A DNA stretch of 64,000 nt, from the IMG/VR virus record IMGVR_UViG_3300032233_002657, positions 96,001-160,000 of that record; one strand, written 5' to 3'. The stretch comes from a virus (Duplodnaviria > Caudoviricetes). The notes beneath the pieces are model-generated. The model did not search any database and was not told the DNA's origin. It worked only from the letters and a program-made list of their open reading frames with translations. Of the stretch, positions 1 through 9,174 are shown piece by piece. Position numbers and translations under genes: made by a program. The stretch's first letter is position 1. Every line of letters begins with the position of its first letter.

Positions 1-71
1 ATATCTGCAAGTAGCTTGGCTGCGTCTAGGGGGAAGGTAGAAATCTTAGCCGAAAATGTTTTAGATGACAT
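1..71 (-). CDS. Hypothetical protein, partial (runs off the left edge)
   Basis: ATG at 71 preceded by GAGG; open to the window edge (MSSKTFSAKISTFPLDAAKLLAD...). Confidence 0.4.
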   Translation of the reverse strand, partial: MSSKTFSAKISTFPLDAAKLLAD

Positions 72-76
72 AGCGC

Positions 77-451
77 TTATTCCTCTGTAGCGTCCAATAT
101 TATTTTTATATCATTCTCGTCTATAGTGCTAACAGCCTCAGATACCGCTGACTCTACAATGGTTATAAACGAATCTCCAGCCACGCCCCGTGGCACTTTT
201 ACTTTGTTTTCTTTAAGGCTTGACCTTATGGCTTTCCTTATCTTTATCTTGTCTAGTAGATTAGGCTTTTTTATGTGCTCTAAGGCTTCTTTAGCTTCGT
301 ACTTACAGAGCTTTGAAAGCTTAACTAGATTATATATTATGGATATAACGGCAGACACCACCACTATGGTGGATATAATAAAGCCCTTGGCTTCTAGCTT
401 ACTATGCATTTTGTCTGACATTTTGTTAGCTAGTTTATCTATTTCTTTCAT
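77..451 (-). CDS. Hypothetical membrane protein
   Basis: One hydrophobic helix (GFIISTIVVVSAVISIIY). ATG at 451 preferred over the GTG at 475, which lies inside the palindrome. Confidence 0.6.
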   Translation of the reverse strand: MKEIDKLANKMSDKMHSKLEAKGFIISTIVVVSAVISIIYNLVKLSKLCKYEAKEALEHIKKPNLLDKIKIRKAIRSSLKENKVKVPRGVAGDSFITIVESAVSEAVSTIDENDIKIILDATEE

Positions 452-459
452 GGCACCCT

Positions 460-475
460 TTGGAGACGTCTCCAC
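460..475. repeat. Dispersed 16-bp palindrome, copy 1 (TTGGAGACGTCTCCAC, 15/16)
   Basis: Read directly from sequence; consensus GTGGAGACGTCTCCAC. Confidence 0.85.
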
Positions 476-529
476 TATAGTTTATAAGCGCTGAGCATTT
501 ATCGGCAACTGCCGACATAAAGGCTACGT

Positions 530-727
530 TCAGCAGCCAGACTGGCCTTTGTACCGCCACCTCTTTGTCTTGTTCTGAGGCGCCTCTGTAGCTGGCGCCT
601 CAGGCACAGCTTCAAGTTTTTTTGATGTAAAACTTGACACTGGCTTTTCTGTTAGTAAATCAAATGACGCTTTATCCAGCTTAGTAGTTTGATAAAGCAT
701 CAAGGTCGCTAAGGTTATGTACAGCAT
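530..727 (-). CDS. Small hypothetical protein
   Basis: Fills the gap in the minus-strand operon; hydrophobic N-terminus MLYITLATLML. Confidence 0.35.
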   Translation of the reverse strand: MLYITLATLMLYQTTKLDKASFDLLTEKPVSSFTSKKLEAVPEAPATEAPQNKTKRWRYKGQSGC

Positions 728-772
728 GGCCGGCCTTGCCTTGTGTGTCAAGGCTTTAGAGTTGTTAGTAAG

Positions 773-1708
773 TTACACCAACATAAACAGGGCTTTGTCT
801 ATCAGCTGCTCAGGGAACCCTTCAAAGTTGCTAAAAGCAAACGTTTCTTTGGCCCTGATATGCTTTTCAGCGTCTTTGCGCCTGACTCTTAGTACGCCTA
901 TAGGCAGATCAACTCCAGTGTCAAAGTCTTTAAGTTGGCCATGAGAATCTGCCCAGCTATTTAGAATAATAGCGTAAGGGTCTTTATCATTATCGTCCAC
1001 GCCGATAAAGCACATCTGATGACCCCAGTTATCTGTTTGTCTATGGAACCCGTCGTTAGCTGGTGTCATGCTGTAACCGATATCGCTAGCAGTAGTACAA
1101 GGGTAGCCATTAGATATGGCAGCTACTAAGTCGTCCCAGCTCCTAATTAAGGCTGCCGACTTTACTGGGTGCAGCTTACCCTCCTCTACAAACTTCTTAT
1201 CTGGTCCTGGGCTATCTCCCCACTTCTTAGCTACTTTTCCAGAATATTCTGGCACACCGCCAAAATTACTGCGAAGAACACCGTATTTAATAATAGCGTC
1301 TGCCATCCAGCTTCCCAAGGAGCCATCGTCACCATCGAATTGCCCTCCTCCGATAAGTACCCGCCCGGTGCCATAGAGATAAGGGGGGAATACTGGGTTG
1401 AATGCCTCCCTGTCACCCTTCATGAGCTTTTCGGTAGCCATTAAGTATTCACAAGCGTTCTTAGCTCCGAAGGACACGCAATCACCAATCTCTTGTGCGT
1501 AGTTCTCTGTGTCTTTACCTAGAAGCTTTCTTACAACTTCATACAGCATAGTCTTTCCACCCTTAGTGCTTCTTGTAGAGCTAAGGATGTTAAACTCTCT
1601 AAATGAACTTTTAAGAAGGTCGAATTGAGCTTCGACTAAGCCTGGGTTATCTTTGCCTACCCAGCCACCTTTAGCCCCGTCTTTGTATAGCTTTAGGATA
1701 TCGTTCAT
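773..1708 (-). CDS. Papain-like (C1 family) cysteine peptidase
   Basis: Catalytic motifs QEIGDCVSFG (Q...C), GHQMCFIG (H) and ILNSW (N). Confidence 0.8.
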   Translation of the reverse strand: MNDILKLYKDGAKGGWVGKDNPGLVEAQFDLLKSSFREFNILSSTRSTKGGKTMLYEVVRKLLGKDTENYAQEIGDCVSFGAKNACEYLMATEKLMKGDREAFNPVFPPYLYGTGRVLIGGGQFDGDDGSLGSWMADAIIKYGVLRSNFGGVPEYSGKVAKKWGDSPGPDKKFVEEGKLHPVKSAALIRSWDDLVAAISNGYPCTTASDIGYSMTPANDGFHRQTDNWGHQMCFIGVDDNDKDPYAIILNSWADSHGQLKDFDTGVDLPIGVLRVRRKDAEKHIRAKETFAFSNFEGFPEQLIDKALFMLV

Positions 1709-1718
1709 TTTATTTTCC

Positions 1719-2492
1719 TTATTTTACAGACTTAAGACCTGCTGCTACTTCTCTCCAAGCCTCAGCAAAATCTGTGGCTGTTACCATTTGCTTGCTTTCG
1801 TAAAGGGAGTAAAGCGTTTCCTGCATTTCTTTAAAGAAAGGTTCCCATGCAGTTTTGTTGGCGCCTACTGCTGCTCTGTTAGACTCAGCGGTCTTCTTTA
1901 AAAGCTCATCGACTTCCTTAATAGCTCCTGCAGCTACGGCTGATGCCATAGATTCAAAGGACTTTGCAACGGCTGTTGCAGATCCTTTACGAATAGCTGC
2001 AGGCACCTTATTAATAGCTAAGGAATAGGCTTTCTTTTGAAGGTTGTATCTAGCTTCTGGAAACGTAGGCTCAGGAGCTGATGGCTCTGGGTCTGGGCCT
2101 GGGTCTTCGCCAATGATAACTGGAGAAGATATAATAACAGTCTTGGTGACTATCTCTGATGTCTTGTCGCCTTCTTTGACAACGTAGAGATAAGTGATAG
2201 CTACCAGAGCAGTCATGCGCTTAGGGACAACCCCAGCTCCGAAGAAAATGCCGTCTTGGTATTCTCTTACTCTTTTTTCTTTATCCCCATCAAACACCTT
2301 CCAAGCAATGCTACAAGATACAAAATGCTTCGGTGGATCTTTGATAGGTGATACTGTGAGGTCCACCAGCTCCCCAAGGGGAACTGGGGACTCAGCTCCA
2401 ACAATCTTCTGCTGTGGGACCACAAAATCGGTCGCCAAGGAGCTGCTGGAAATTAGCATTGCAGCCAATAGGCTAAATAATATCTTGTTCAT
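1719..2492 (-). CDS. Exported protein with signal peptide
   Basis: MNKILFSLLAAMLISSSSLA signal peptide; beta-rich domain, PDPEP linker, helical C-terminal domain. Confidence 0.7.
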   Translation of the reverse strand: MNKILFSLLAAMLISSSSLATDFVVPQQKIVGAESPVPLGELVDLTVSPIKDPPKHFVSCSIAWKVFDGDKEKRVREYQDGIFFGAGVVPKRMTALVAITYLYVVKEGDKTSEIVTKTVIISSPVIIGEDPGPDPEPSAPEPTFPEARYNLQKKAYSLAINKVPAAIRKGSATAVAKSFESMASAVAAGAIKEVDELLKKTAESNRAAVGANKTAWEPFFKEMQETLYSLYESKQMVTATDFAEAWREVAAGLKSVK

Positions 2493-2501
2493 TGGATCCC
2501 T

Positions 2502-2777
2502 TTACTTAGAGTGGTTTGCCAAAGCAGCCGCCACAAGCTGAGTAGCTTTTTCTTTGCTTACAGGAGTATTAGGGCCGAAAGCGTCTATAAGCGTTACTAT
2601 CAAATCAGCGAACCAAGGCTGGTCTGCAAATTGCTTAAATATGTATACGACTTTGTCGTCTACTTCTCCAGGAATCATTTTGGTCATAGAGTCAGCAATC
2701 TTTACTATTAGATCAATCGCCTTCTTAACTTTTTCTGCATCTAAGGCCGCATTAGCTACAATTTTATCTTCTGACAT
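2502..2777 (-). CDS. Hypothetical protein
   Basis: AAGGAG RBS before the ATG at 2777; in operon. Confidence 0.6.
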   Translation of the reverse strand: MSEDKIVANAALDAEKVKKAIDLIVKIADSMTKMIPGEVDDKVVYIFKQFADQPWFADLIVTLIDAFGPNTPVSKEKATQLVAAALANHSK

Positions 2778-2812
2778 GTTTATCTCCTTAAAAGTAAGTA
2801 AAACCAATATCC

Positions 2813-4447
2813 TTATACACTTTGTACGGTAACTTGCACATCCGACTTATCTAAAAAGTATGATGTGTTTTTTGAAGTTACCAAGTTTAAAGGGTCTTCA
2901 GGTACGCTCAAAGAAACCCTTCCATTAATATACCTTATTCTGCCACTAGGGTAAACAACCCTACCTCTTAGGTCTATTGAGTCTATGGACTGATCTTCAG
3001 TCAACTGGTTCTGTATCACAGATATAAGGTTAGATTCGTACAGCTTTGACCCAAACCCTATAGAGTTAACGTAGTCAAACAGCTTGTTTTTAATTACATC
3101 TACAGGCACAACGTAATCCCTATTCCTATTATGAACAACCACGGACACTTTTACGTCAAACGGTATGGCCGCTCTAACTAAGATGTCGGAGCCTGTAGGT
3201 CTGACGTCTTCACCGTTCAGCAGTTTCTGTATTTCGTCTAAAGATTTTTGGCCTCTTAGAGTAAAGCTATAGTCAGCTTTAGTCCCTATCTCTAAATCAG
3301 CTGAGGTGTCAGTATCCAAGAACTGAAGCGTCACAGTCTGGTATCGAGTAAATGCCGCCTCTACTGCTATCTCAATCTCTGGGCTAAAGCCCGTGTCGTC
3401 ATCAGATATATCAAAATCTTTAATAGTGTTTATAACTTCATAGCCATACTGTATTGATTGATTGCTGCTGTCTTTAAGCCTAACTATTCTTACTGCTTCA
3501 TAGAAACCCGGTAAAGTTTCCCTATCGAACGATACTTGCCAAACGCCTCCAGTTAATCTCTGCTCAACTAAAGAAGCTTCAGCCTCTATAGTTGTTTTTG
3601 ATGGGAGCCCTTCGTGTCTTATGTAAGCGTCTACTCTTCCCCCCTGAGCAACTGGGAAAACTCCATGGTACCTTATCTGCTCTGGGGCCCCGAAACCAAA
3701 GCTTCCTACGTCTTTAACGGTTGAGAAGTTACTCTTTATCAAGGCGCTTAGAGAGTGCTTGTTAGAGAAGTTCTTTGAAGACACCCCCTCTTTTAGCCTA
3801 GATATAAGCTCTAAGTTTGTTTCAATATCTGCGCCATTAGAAAAATCACTGGCCGCAAATGCCGATACTATTCCACCTACTGGATTAACCATTTCAAGTC
3901 TGTCGTTTTGTTTAAGCTCGTACCCTTTTCCTTCTGTCTCAGCTTCGATTGTTATGTTGAATCCATAAGACCCGTCTCCAATAGGGAAGACTAGCCTGTC
4001 TGAATCAGTTACCAAAGATGAAGGCGATGTTTTTGCTGAAAATGTTTTAGTTGCTAAATAATTTTTACCAAAGGCTACAAAAACTGAATTAGCTGCAACT
4101 ACGCTAGATCTAGAATTAAGCATTACCACTGTTATTTCGCCTGTAACTTTAATGCCTGTTTTTCTAGTAATCAAAAAATTACTTAAAACACTATCTACGA
4201 GATAAGGGTCGGCCAATGCGGGGTCGTCTTCTATGGCGAGTATGGACCCTGACCGCCTAAACTTGTCTGCGTATATTTCCTGAGCTGCATGAATAACGCC
4301 CTCAAGATTAATTAAGAGGTCATGCAAGACCCCTCGCCTGAAATCAGCTACAGGGCTTTTTTCTTGCAGCCTCTGAATAAGCAAGGCCCTAGCAGCAGCT
4401 ACGTCGGCTAAAGGTAAGCTATTAAGATCTGGGAATAAAATAGGCAT
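2813..4447 (-). CDS. Baseplate J / gp6-like wedge protein
   Basis: Baseplate-J-like pattern (GVLHDLL...TRKTGIKVTGEIT...GADIETNLELISR...GGRVDAYI); follows a gp25-like gene. Confidence 0.75.
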   Translation of the reverse strand: MPILFPDLNSLPLADVAAARALLIQRLQEKSPVADFRRGVLHDLLINLEGVIHAAQEIYADKFRRSGSILAIEDDPALADPYLVDSVLSNFLITRKTGIKVTGEITVVMLNSRSSVVAANSVFVAFGKNYLATKTFSAKTSPSSLVTDSDRLVFPIGDGSYGFNITIEAETEGKGYELKQNDRLEMVNPVGGIVSAFAASDFSNGADIETNLELISRLKEGVSSKNFSNKHSLSALIKSNFSTVKDVGSFGFGAPEQIRYHGVFPVAQGGRVDAYIRHEGLPSKTTIEAEASLVEQRLTGGVWQVSFDRETLPGFYEAVRIVRLKDSSNQSIQYGYEVINTIKDFDISDDDTGFSPEIEIAVEAAFTRYQTVTLQFLDTDTSADLEIGTKADYSFTLRGQKSLDEIQKLLNGEDVRPTGSDILVRAAIPFDVKVSVVVHNRNRDYVVPVDVIKNKLFDYVNSIGFGSKLYESNLISVIQNQLTEDQSIDSIDLRGRVVYPSGRIRYINGRVSLSVPEDPLNLVTSKNTSYFLDKSDVQVTVQSV

Positions 4448-4449
4448 TA

Positions 4450-4944
4450 TTACCTCAATGGTACTACTGTTATAGGTACTACGAATATTCTAGAGGCCCC
4501 TTCGAGGCTATCTATTCTAACAGATAAACTAATCTTGTTACCGACAACTATGCTCACTGACAGCAGTTTTGCATTACTGTACTTTTCATCGTTAGGGTAT
4601 TCGCCTTTAGAATCCTCAGCCCTGAGGTTAAAGGCTACCCTATCGTTGGCAAATTCAAACGCAGACATAACGTCAGATTCTGACCTAAGCCTACCCGATC
4701 TCACTACATTTATGAAGTTTGATCCTCTTTCTTTAAGGTAAGGCATGGACCCTAAAGGCGTTAGAAACTCTATTAACCATCTCTGCGTTAATTTTTGTAT
4801 TCCGGCACATACCTTTCCTGACGGATAACTGCTGCCGTACAAGCTCTGAGACAGCCCAAATACGTTCGAGGTGTAAGCTCCGTCTAGTATAAGTACGTCA
4901 ACTTTGCGGTTTGTGTAGTCTGTCGTCTTTTTTGTGACTGCCAT
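4450..4944 (-). CDS. Baseplate wedge protein, gp25/gpW-like
   Basis: GIQKLTQRWLIEFLTPLGSMPYLKERGSNF resembles gp25-family motifs; size and position next to baseplate J. Confidence 0.65.
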   Translation of the reverse strand: MAVTKKTTDYTNRKVDVLILDGAYTSNVFGLSQSLYGSSYPSGKVCAGIQKLTQRWLIEFLTPLGSMPYLKERGSNFINVVRSGRLRSESDVMSAFEFANDRVAFNLRAEDSKGEYPNDEKYSNAKLLSVSIVVGNKISLSVRIDSLEGASRIFVVPITVVPLR

Positions 4945-4953
4945 TTTAGTCTC

Positions 4954-5418
4954 CTACCTAGCCCCTAGAGCTATTAGTTTTTTTATGTACCCCAGTACTC
5001 CTCTAGGATCCATAAGGGTACCGTTATCAGTGCCTTGATTGTGTTTTCTTCCAGCTGATAAGGCCTCTGCCCTAGCTAGAGAACAGTGCCTTACTCTAAA
5101 GGCTCGTTCCATGGCTTGAAGGTAAGCGGCTTGCAGCTTGATTACTTTTGCGTCACTGCTTGTTCCTGGGTTACCGGTTTCGTAAGTGGCTTGGTATAGA
5201 GGGTCCAGCTCTTCAGTCCTAGAGAATTTTCCTCTTACTGATTCATGATTAGCCGTATCGCTGCCGTCTACGTCGGCAAGCTGCCATACTCTGGGCTGCC
5301 CCTCTAGGTGTGAATTACCTATCTTTAAGCATTGCTTAGCCAGCTCAGTAAGGTTCTTTGTAAACGTGTTAGCTGGAGATGATACCTTAGACGAACCGTA
5401 GTAGTTATCTGTTGCCAT
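4954..5418 (-). CDS. Hypothetical protein (tail/baseplate module)
   Basis: 154 aa ORF, start overlaps the stop of the sigma gene. Confidence 0.6.
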   Translation of the reverse strand: MATDNYYGSSKVSSPANTFTKNLTELAKQCLKIGNSHLEGQPRVWQLADVDGSDTANHESVRGKFSRTEELDPLYQATYETGNPGTSSDAKVIKLQAAYLQAMERAFRVRHCSLARAEALSAGRKHNQGTDNGTLMDPRGVLGYIKKLIALGAR

Positions 5419-6245
5419 TATAGTAACCCTATCCTTTCTCTGCTGTCCATTTTTTTCTGTATATCAGCTCTAATCTGGCTTACCCTAGCCGGGGTAATCC
5501 TTAGCTTGTTAGCAACACCTATGTTATCCAATATCCTTTTACCATTCATCCCAAATGTGTGTTCCATTATTAATTTTGCTCGGTCGTCAAGGCCGTCGTG
5601 TACGAACATTCGCCACGCCTCTCCTTGAGGAGTGTTAGGTATAACTGAAGATGGGTCCGATACATCTTCGTTTTCAGTGCCCGTAAACGACATCGAGGCA
5701 GTGCCTTCAGATAGACCTGGCTTATAACTTCTAACCTTCTCAATTCGCTTAGCGGAAAGGCCCGTGTAATCGGCTAGCTCATTATCATTGGGTTCGCGAC
5801 CTAAATTTTCCGTAAGCTCATTGAAAGAATTATTAACAAAATTACCGTCCATCCTAACTCTTTCAGGAACGTTAAGAACCTGATTAGACTTGGACGATGC
5901 CCGCTTCAAACCCTGCATGTGCCACATCATGTGCGTCTTTAGCTTGGACTTAGCAGGGTCGTAGCTCTTTAAGCCTTCTAAGGCCATGCGCTTAGCTTGA
6001 AGTCTGATACTGGGAGAGACGTCTTGACCTACGTAGCTTTTAATCGCAGTGTCTATTATAGGTGATATTTTTCCTATAATCATGTCGTTTTGATTGGGGG
6101 TCTGATTGCCAGACCATAATGAGTATGGCTCTAAGTATTCTTGTTCTAAGTTACCATTAGATATGGGCTTACCCTTGGCTTCGGGCTTATCCGAATCAAG
6201 AGAGAACATGCTGGGTACTTTTCCAAATTGTTTTTTATCGTTCAT
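5418..6245 (-). CDS. Sigma-70 family RNA polymerase sigma factor
   Basis: Region 2 (YDPAKSKLKTHMMWHMQ...VLNVPER), region 3 (LGREPNDNELADYTGLSAKRI), region 4 HTH (LDDRAKLIMEHTFG...VANKLRITPARVSQI). Confidence 0.85.
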   Translation of the reverse strand: MNDKKQFGKVPSMFSLDSDKPEAKGKPISNGNLEQEYLEPYSLWSGNQTPNQNDMIIGKISPIIDTAIKSYVGQDVSPSIRLQAKRMALEGLKSYDPAKSKLKTHMMWHMQGLKRASSKSNQVLNVPERVRMDGNFVNNSFNELTENLGREPNDNELADYTGLSAKRIEKVRSYKPGLSEGTASMSFTGTENEDVSDPSSVIPNTPQGEAWRMFVHDGLDDRAKLIMEHTFGMNGKRILDNIGVANKLRITPARVSQIRADIQKKMDSRERIGLL

Positions 6246-6266
6246 GTTATTTCCTGGTTAGTAAAA

Positions 6267-7889
6267 TTACAAAGGCCTGCCCACATATGCGCCGTCGTAT
6301 AATGGGTGTTCCTGCATAGTTAAAATTTCAGAAACGTCTTCCCGGAAAGATCTAACATATCCTACGGTAAAAGTAGTGCTAGACTCTGATGACTGAGCGC
6401 TTATACTTATTCCTACTTTAAGTACTATACCCCTAAACGAGTTAGGCTGAGTTGCGTAATTGTGTTTGCTCTCTGGAACTTCAAACTCTATATAGCTCCC
6501 TACTCCTATGTCCGTTCTAAACGGTCCTACGATGACACCTTGCCTTCCTTTAAGAATTTCAAACCCAAATACAGTTTTAGCGTAGTCATCTCTTAGTCTT
6601 TGAGTGTCTGTAACTATTTTAGACTTAGGGGGCAGATTTGAAGGGTTACCTCCGTCTCCTCCAGACGTGTTATAAGGAGGCTGTTTGTCTGAACCTCTAG
6701 AATACGTAGTAGGGCCCCCCGATATTTGAAGCCACCCTGGGGCTTGCTTGTACAGTACGGTGCCTTTGCACTCCTTTGATATGTAAGTTCCTCCTACTCT
6801 AAGGTCTGGAAAAGCGTTATCTTTTGGAGATGACCCGGGAAGGTAAGCTGAAGACGATCCCATTAGAACTGCTACTCCACGTATGGTTCTCGGCATATCC
6901 CCGGATATAGATATGGACGATATTTGTTCCCCCGTAATGCTAGCAGATGCATCAGTTGCAAATATGTTAGGTAAAAAGGGAATTACTTCCGCGTCCGATA
7001 TTCTAGGCACTACCGCAAACATATAGCTGGCGCTTGCAGACAGTATATTGTCCCATATGGTTTGCCCTGCATACCCTTGCATCGTTCCTGCGCTTATTTC
7101 GCCTTTAATGTTATCAGCCACTTGAATAGCTTCAGGGCTAGAGAATTTTAAAAATCCAATTATTTTTGATATAGCTACTTCAGCAGCCTTATTATATATC
7201 GACGTGACGTTAGATACTTGATCTGAAGCAATTGGAACAACGTCCTCTAAACACCCAGAGTCAGTTTCTCTATTTAAGTCTGCCAATGCGTTAGAGTTCA
7301 TTACTGATTGTATTATTTTTTTAAACCCGTTTTCCCATAAATTTTCGATCACTGTAGAGCCGGCCCCTAAGACCTTAGACCCGTATGTTGCAGATAAAAT
7401 ACCGACAGCTGGCGAAAATTGACTTTGAGGAGTTCGTAGTAAAGCTGCTCTCTGTAGATCCCCGGGCGTCGTGGAGTGGGTTGAAGAGCTTATCATGCTT
7501 GAAGCAGTTAAGTCTGAAAGCCAGTGCTCTATGGATATGCTTAATACAGATGCATTGCTAGTTCGTTGACACCCAAACCCTGTAATGTACCCATCAAATA
7601 AAATATCTTTTGGGCTGTCAGGTATACTTTGAAGGCCTACCAACTCTTCCGAATCTATAACGTAAGAGTAGTAAATTAGTATAGGAGCCCTAAAATTAAA
7701 AAGATTATTTCCCAGTTCGTCTGCGTTTGAGGCTTCTAGGGTTTTAACGTTAAGGCCAGTAGCTAGAGTAATAGTAGCTGAAGGTATGGTATTAAGAGCA
7801 AAGTCAACAGTAGCGTCTACTACGTCGAACTCTTTACCTTCTACCACGGCCCAGCACTTTATAGTTCTTTTTGAATACGGATAAACCAT
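6267..7889 (-). CDS. Putative baseplate hub protein (gp27/gpD-like)
   Basis: Beta-rich N-terminus (PSATITL...LFDGYITG), C-terminal RTDIGVGSYIEF...GIVLKV; position downstream of the tape measure. Confidence 0.55.
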   Translation of the reverse strand: MVYPYSKRTIKCWAVVEGKEFDVVDATVDFALNTIPSATITLATGLNVKTLEASNADELGNNLFNFRAPILIYYSYVIDSEELVGLQSIPDSPKDILFDGYITGFGCQRTSNASVLSISIEHWLSDLTASSMISSSTHSTTPGDLQRAALLRTPQSQFSPAVGILSATYGSKVLGAGSTVIENLWENGFKKIIQSVMNSNALADLNRETDSGCLEDVVPIASDQVSNVTSIYNKAAEVAISKIIGFLKFSSPEAIQVADNIKGEISAGTMQGYAGQTIWDNILSASASYMFAVVPRISDAEVIPFLPNIFATDASASITGEQISSISISGDMPRTIRGVAVLMGSSSAYLPGSSPKDNAFPDLRVGGTYISKECKGTVLYKQAPGWLQISGGPTTYSRGSDKQPPYNTSGGDGGNPSNLPPKSKIVTDTQRLRDDYAKTVFGFEILKGRQGVIVGPFRTDIGVGSYIEFEVPESKHNYATQPNSFRGIVLKVGISISAQSSESSTTFTVGYVRSFREDVSEILTMQEHPLYDGAYVGRPL

Positions 7890-7897
7890 TACTTCCT

Positions 7898-8650
7898 CTA
7901 TAATATTTTAATACGCCCTATACCATCAAGGCTTATGGCTAGGGCTAGGCTTAAAGCTCCAAGCCTATCTGAGATAAACTCAGAATCTCTCCATAGTCTT
8001 TTTAAATCTTCTTTTCCTGTAAACAGCTGCAGTTCAGTAGTTGAACCTATTATTTTTTCGCAATCTACTAACACCTGTCCTATGTCTTTTTGTGGCACTC
8101 CTATAGCCTCTAATCGGAAATGCCCCTTCTGAACTCCTATGCGCAGGTTGTAGCCCAGGTCTAGGTATGTGCCTGAAGATGCAATCTCATACTCGTTTTT
8201 GCTAACCTCGTCTACAACGTAGCAAGAATCTTCAGATATTGTTAGGTCGTATAGAAACTGCGCCTTTCCTGAGCGGTCATCGGCGTGAGGCGTAGTAAGC
8301 ACTACGTAGTCTGGAACAGCGTCGCCGTTTATAGTTTCAACCTTTACCTTACCGTATTCGCTCATTCCAGCTGCAAACTTTAAAGGCCAATATGTAAGCC
8401 GACTGTCTTTCTCAGTTGCGGTAGAGTGCAGTATGCCGTCGTGCCACATAGTAGTTATTTGTCTTAGCCTGTAGTTGAGATAGGCTCTATCTGGGCTCTC
8501 CCCGAATATAAGCCTGTGCACCGTAGACAAATAATTAGGCATGTCTGACTGGTAAAACAGCGGGTCTACCAGTTCTTCTCCAGGGTACGGAAGCCCAGGC
8601 CAGTTGTCGCCAGGTATATTCAGTAATATGGTTCTATAGTGGTTTATCAT
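7898..8650 (-). CDS. Hypothetical tail/baseplate protein
   Basis: 250 aa ORF within the tail operon. Confidence 0.55.
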   Translation of the reverse strand: MINHYRTILLNIPGDNWPGLPYPGEELVDPLFYQSDMPNYLSTVHRLIFGESPDRAYLNYRLRQITTMWHDGILHSTATEKDSRLTYWPLKFAAGMSEYGKVKVETINGDAVPDYVVLTTPHADDRSGKAQFLYDLTISEDSCYVVDEVSKNEYEIASSGTYLDLGYNLRIGVQKGHFRLEAIGVPQKDIGQVLVDCEKIIGSTTELQLFTGKEDLKRLWRDSEFISDRLGALSLALAISLDGIGRIKIL

Positions 8651-8664
8651 GACGTATAGCCTAT

Positions 8665-9165
8665 TTAATTGTTTGTACCGGGTATGGCTGCAAACTGCAT
8701 TGTGAACTGCCCTATCTGAAATTGGGGGTCTGCTACTTGCATTTGAAACCCTAGCAGAAAACCTTTTATAGTAACACTACCTGCTAAAACTATGGTTATC
8801 GGCTCTTTTCTTTTTATAGCGTTGTAGTCTTCAAACTGTTTAAAGAACGAGGTCAACGGCGGTTGTCCGCTTGGAGATCCATCTTTGCACGTAATGGGGT
8901 CGTTTAAAAACAATATGCCACTAAGTGTCATGCTGCCCATCTTGTGGCCAAACGCTGTAATATATATGACATCTCTAAGTGTTTGAGTAAACTGAACATT
9001 AGTTTCTCCAGTAATACTAAAACCTGTGACTATTCCTCCTATTACATCTGGGCCCCATATGCTGCTTTCTATTTCTATTTTAAACATAGTAACATCAGCG
9101 TCGGACTGATCGGGAGGGCTTATAGCCATTACGGTTCCAGCTGCTGCAGAAAATATACTAGGCAT
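8665..9165 (-). CDS. Putative tail tube initiator / tube-fold baseplate protein
   Basis: Directly after the tape measure; beta-strand pattern (YITAFGHKMGSMTLSGILF) like the tube proteins. Confidence 0.5.
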   Translation of the reverse strand: MPSIFSAAAGTVMAISPPDQSDADVTMFKIEIESSIWGPDVIGGIVTGFSITGETNVQFTQTLRDVIYITAFGHKMGSMTLSGILFLNDPITCKDGSPSGQPPLTSFFKQFEDYNAIKRKEPITIVLAGSVTIKGFLLGFQMQVADPQFQIGQFTMQFAAIPGTNN

Positions 9166-9174
9166 TTGTTTACT

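Noticed and set aside
6013-6028. Weak palindrome-like match GGAGAGACGTCTTGAC (also 40362-40377)
   Set aside because: Only 12/16 and 11/16 matches; compatible with chance
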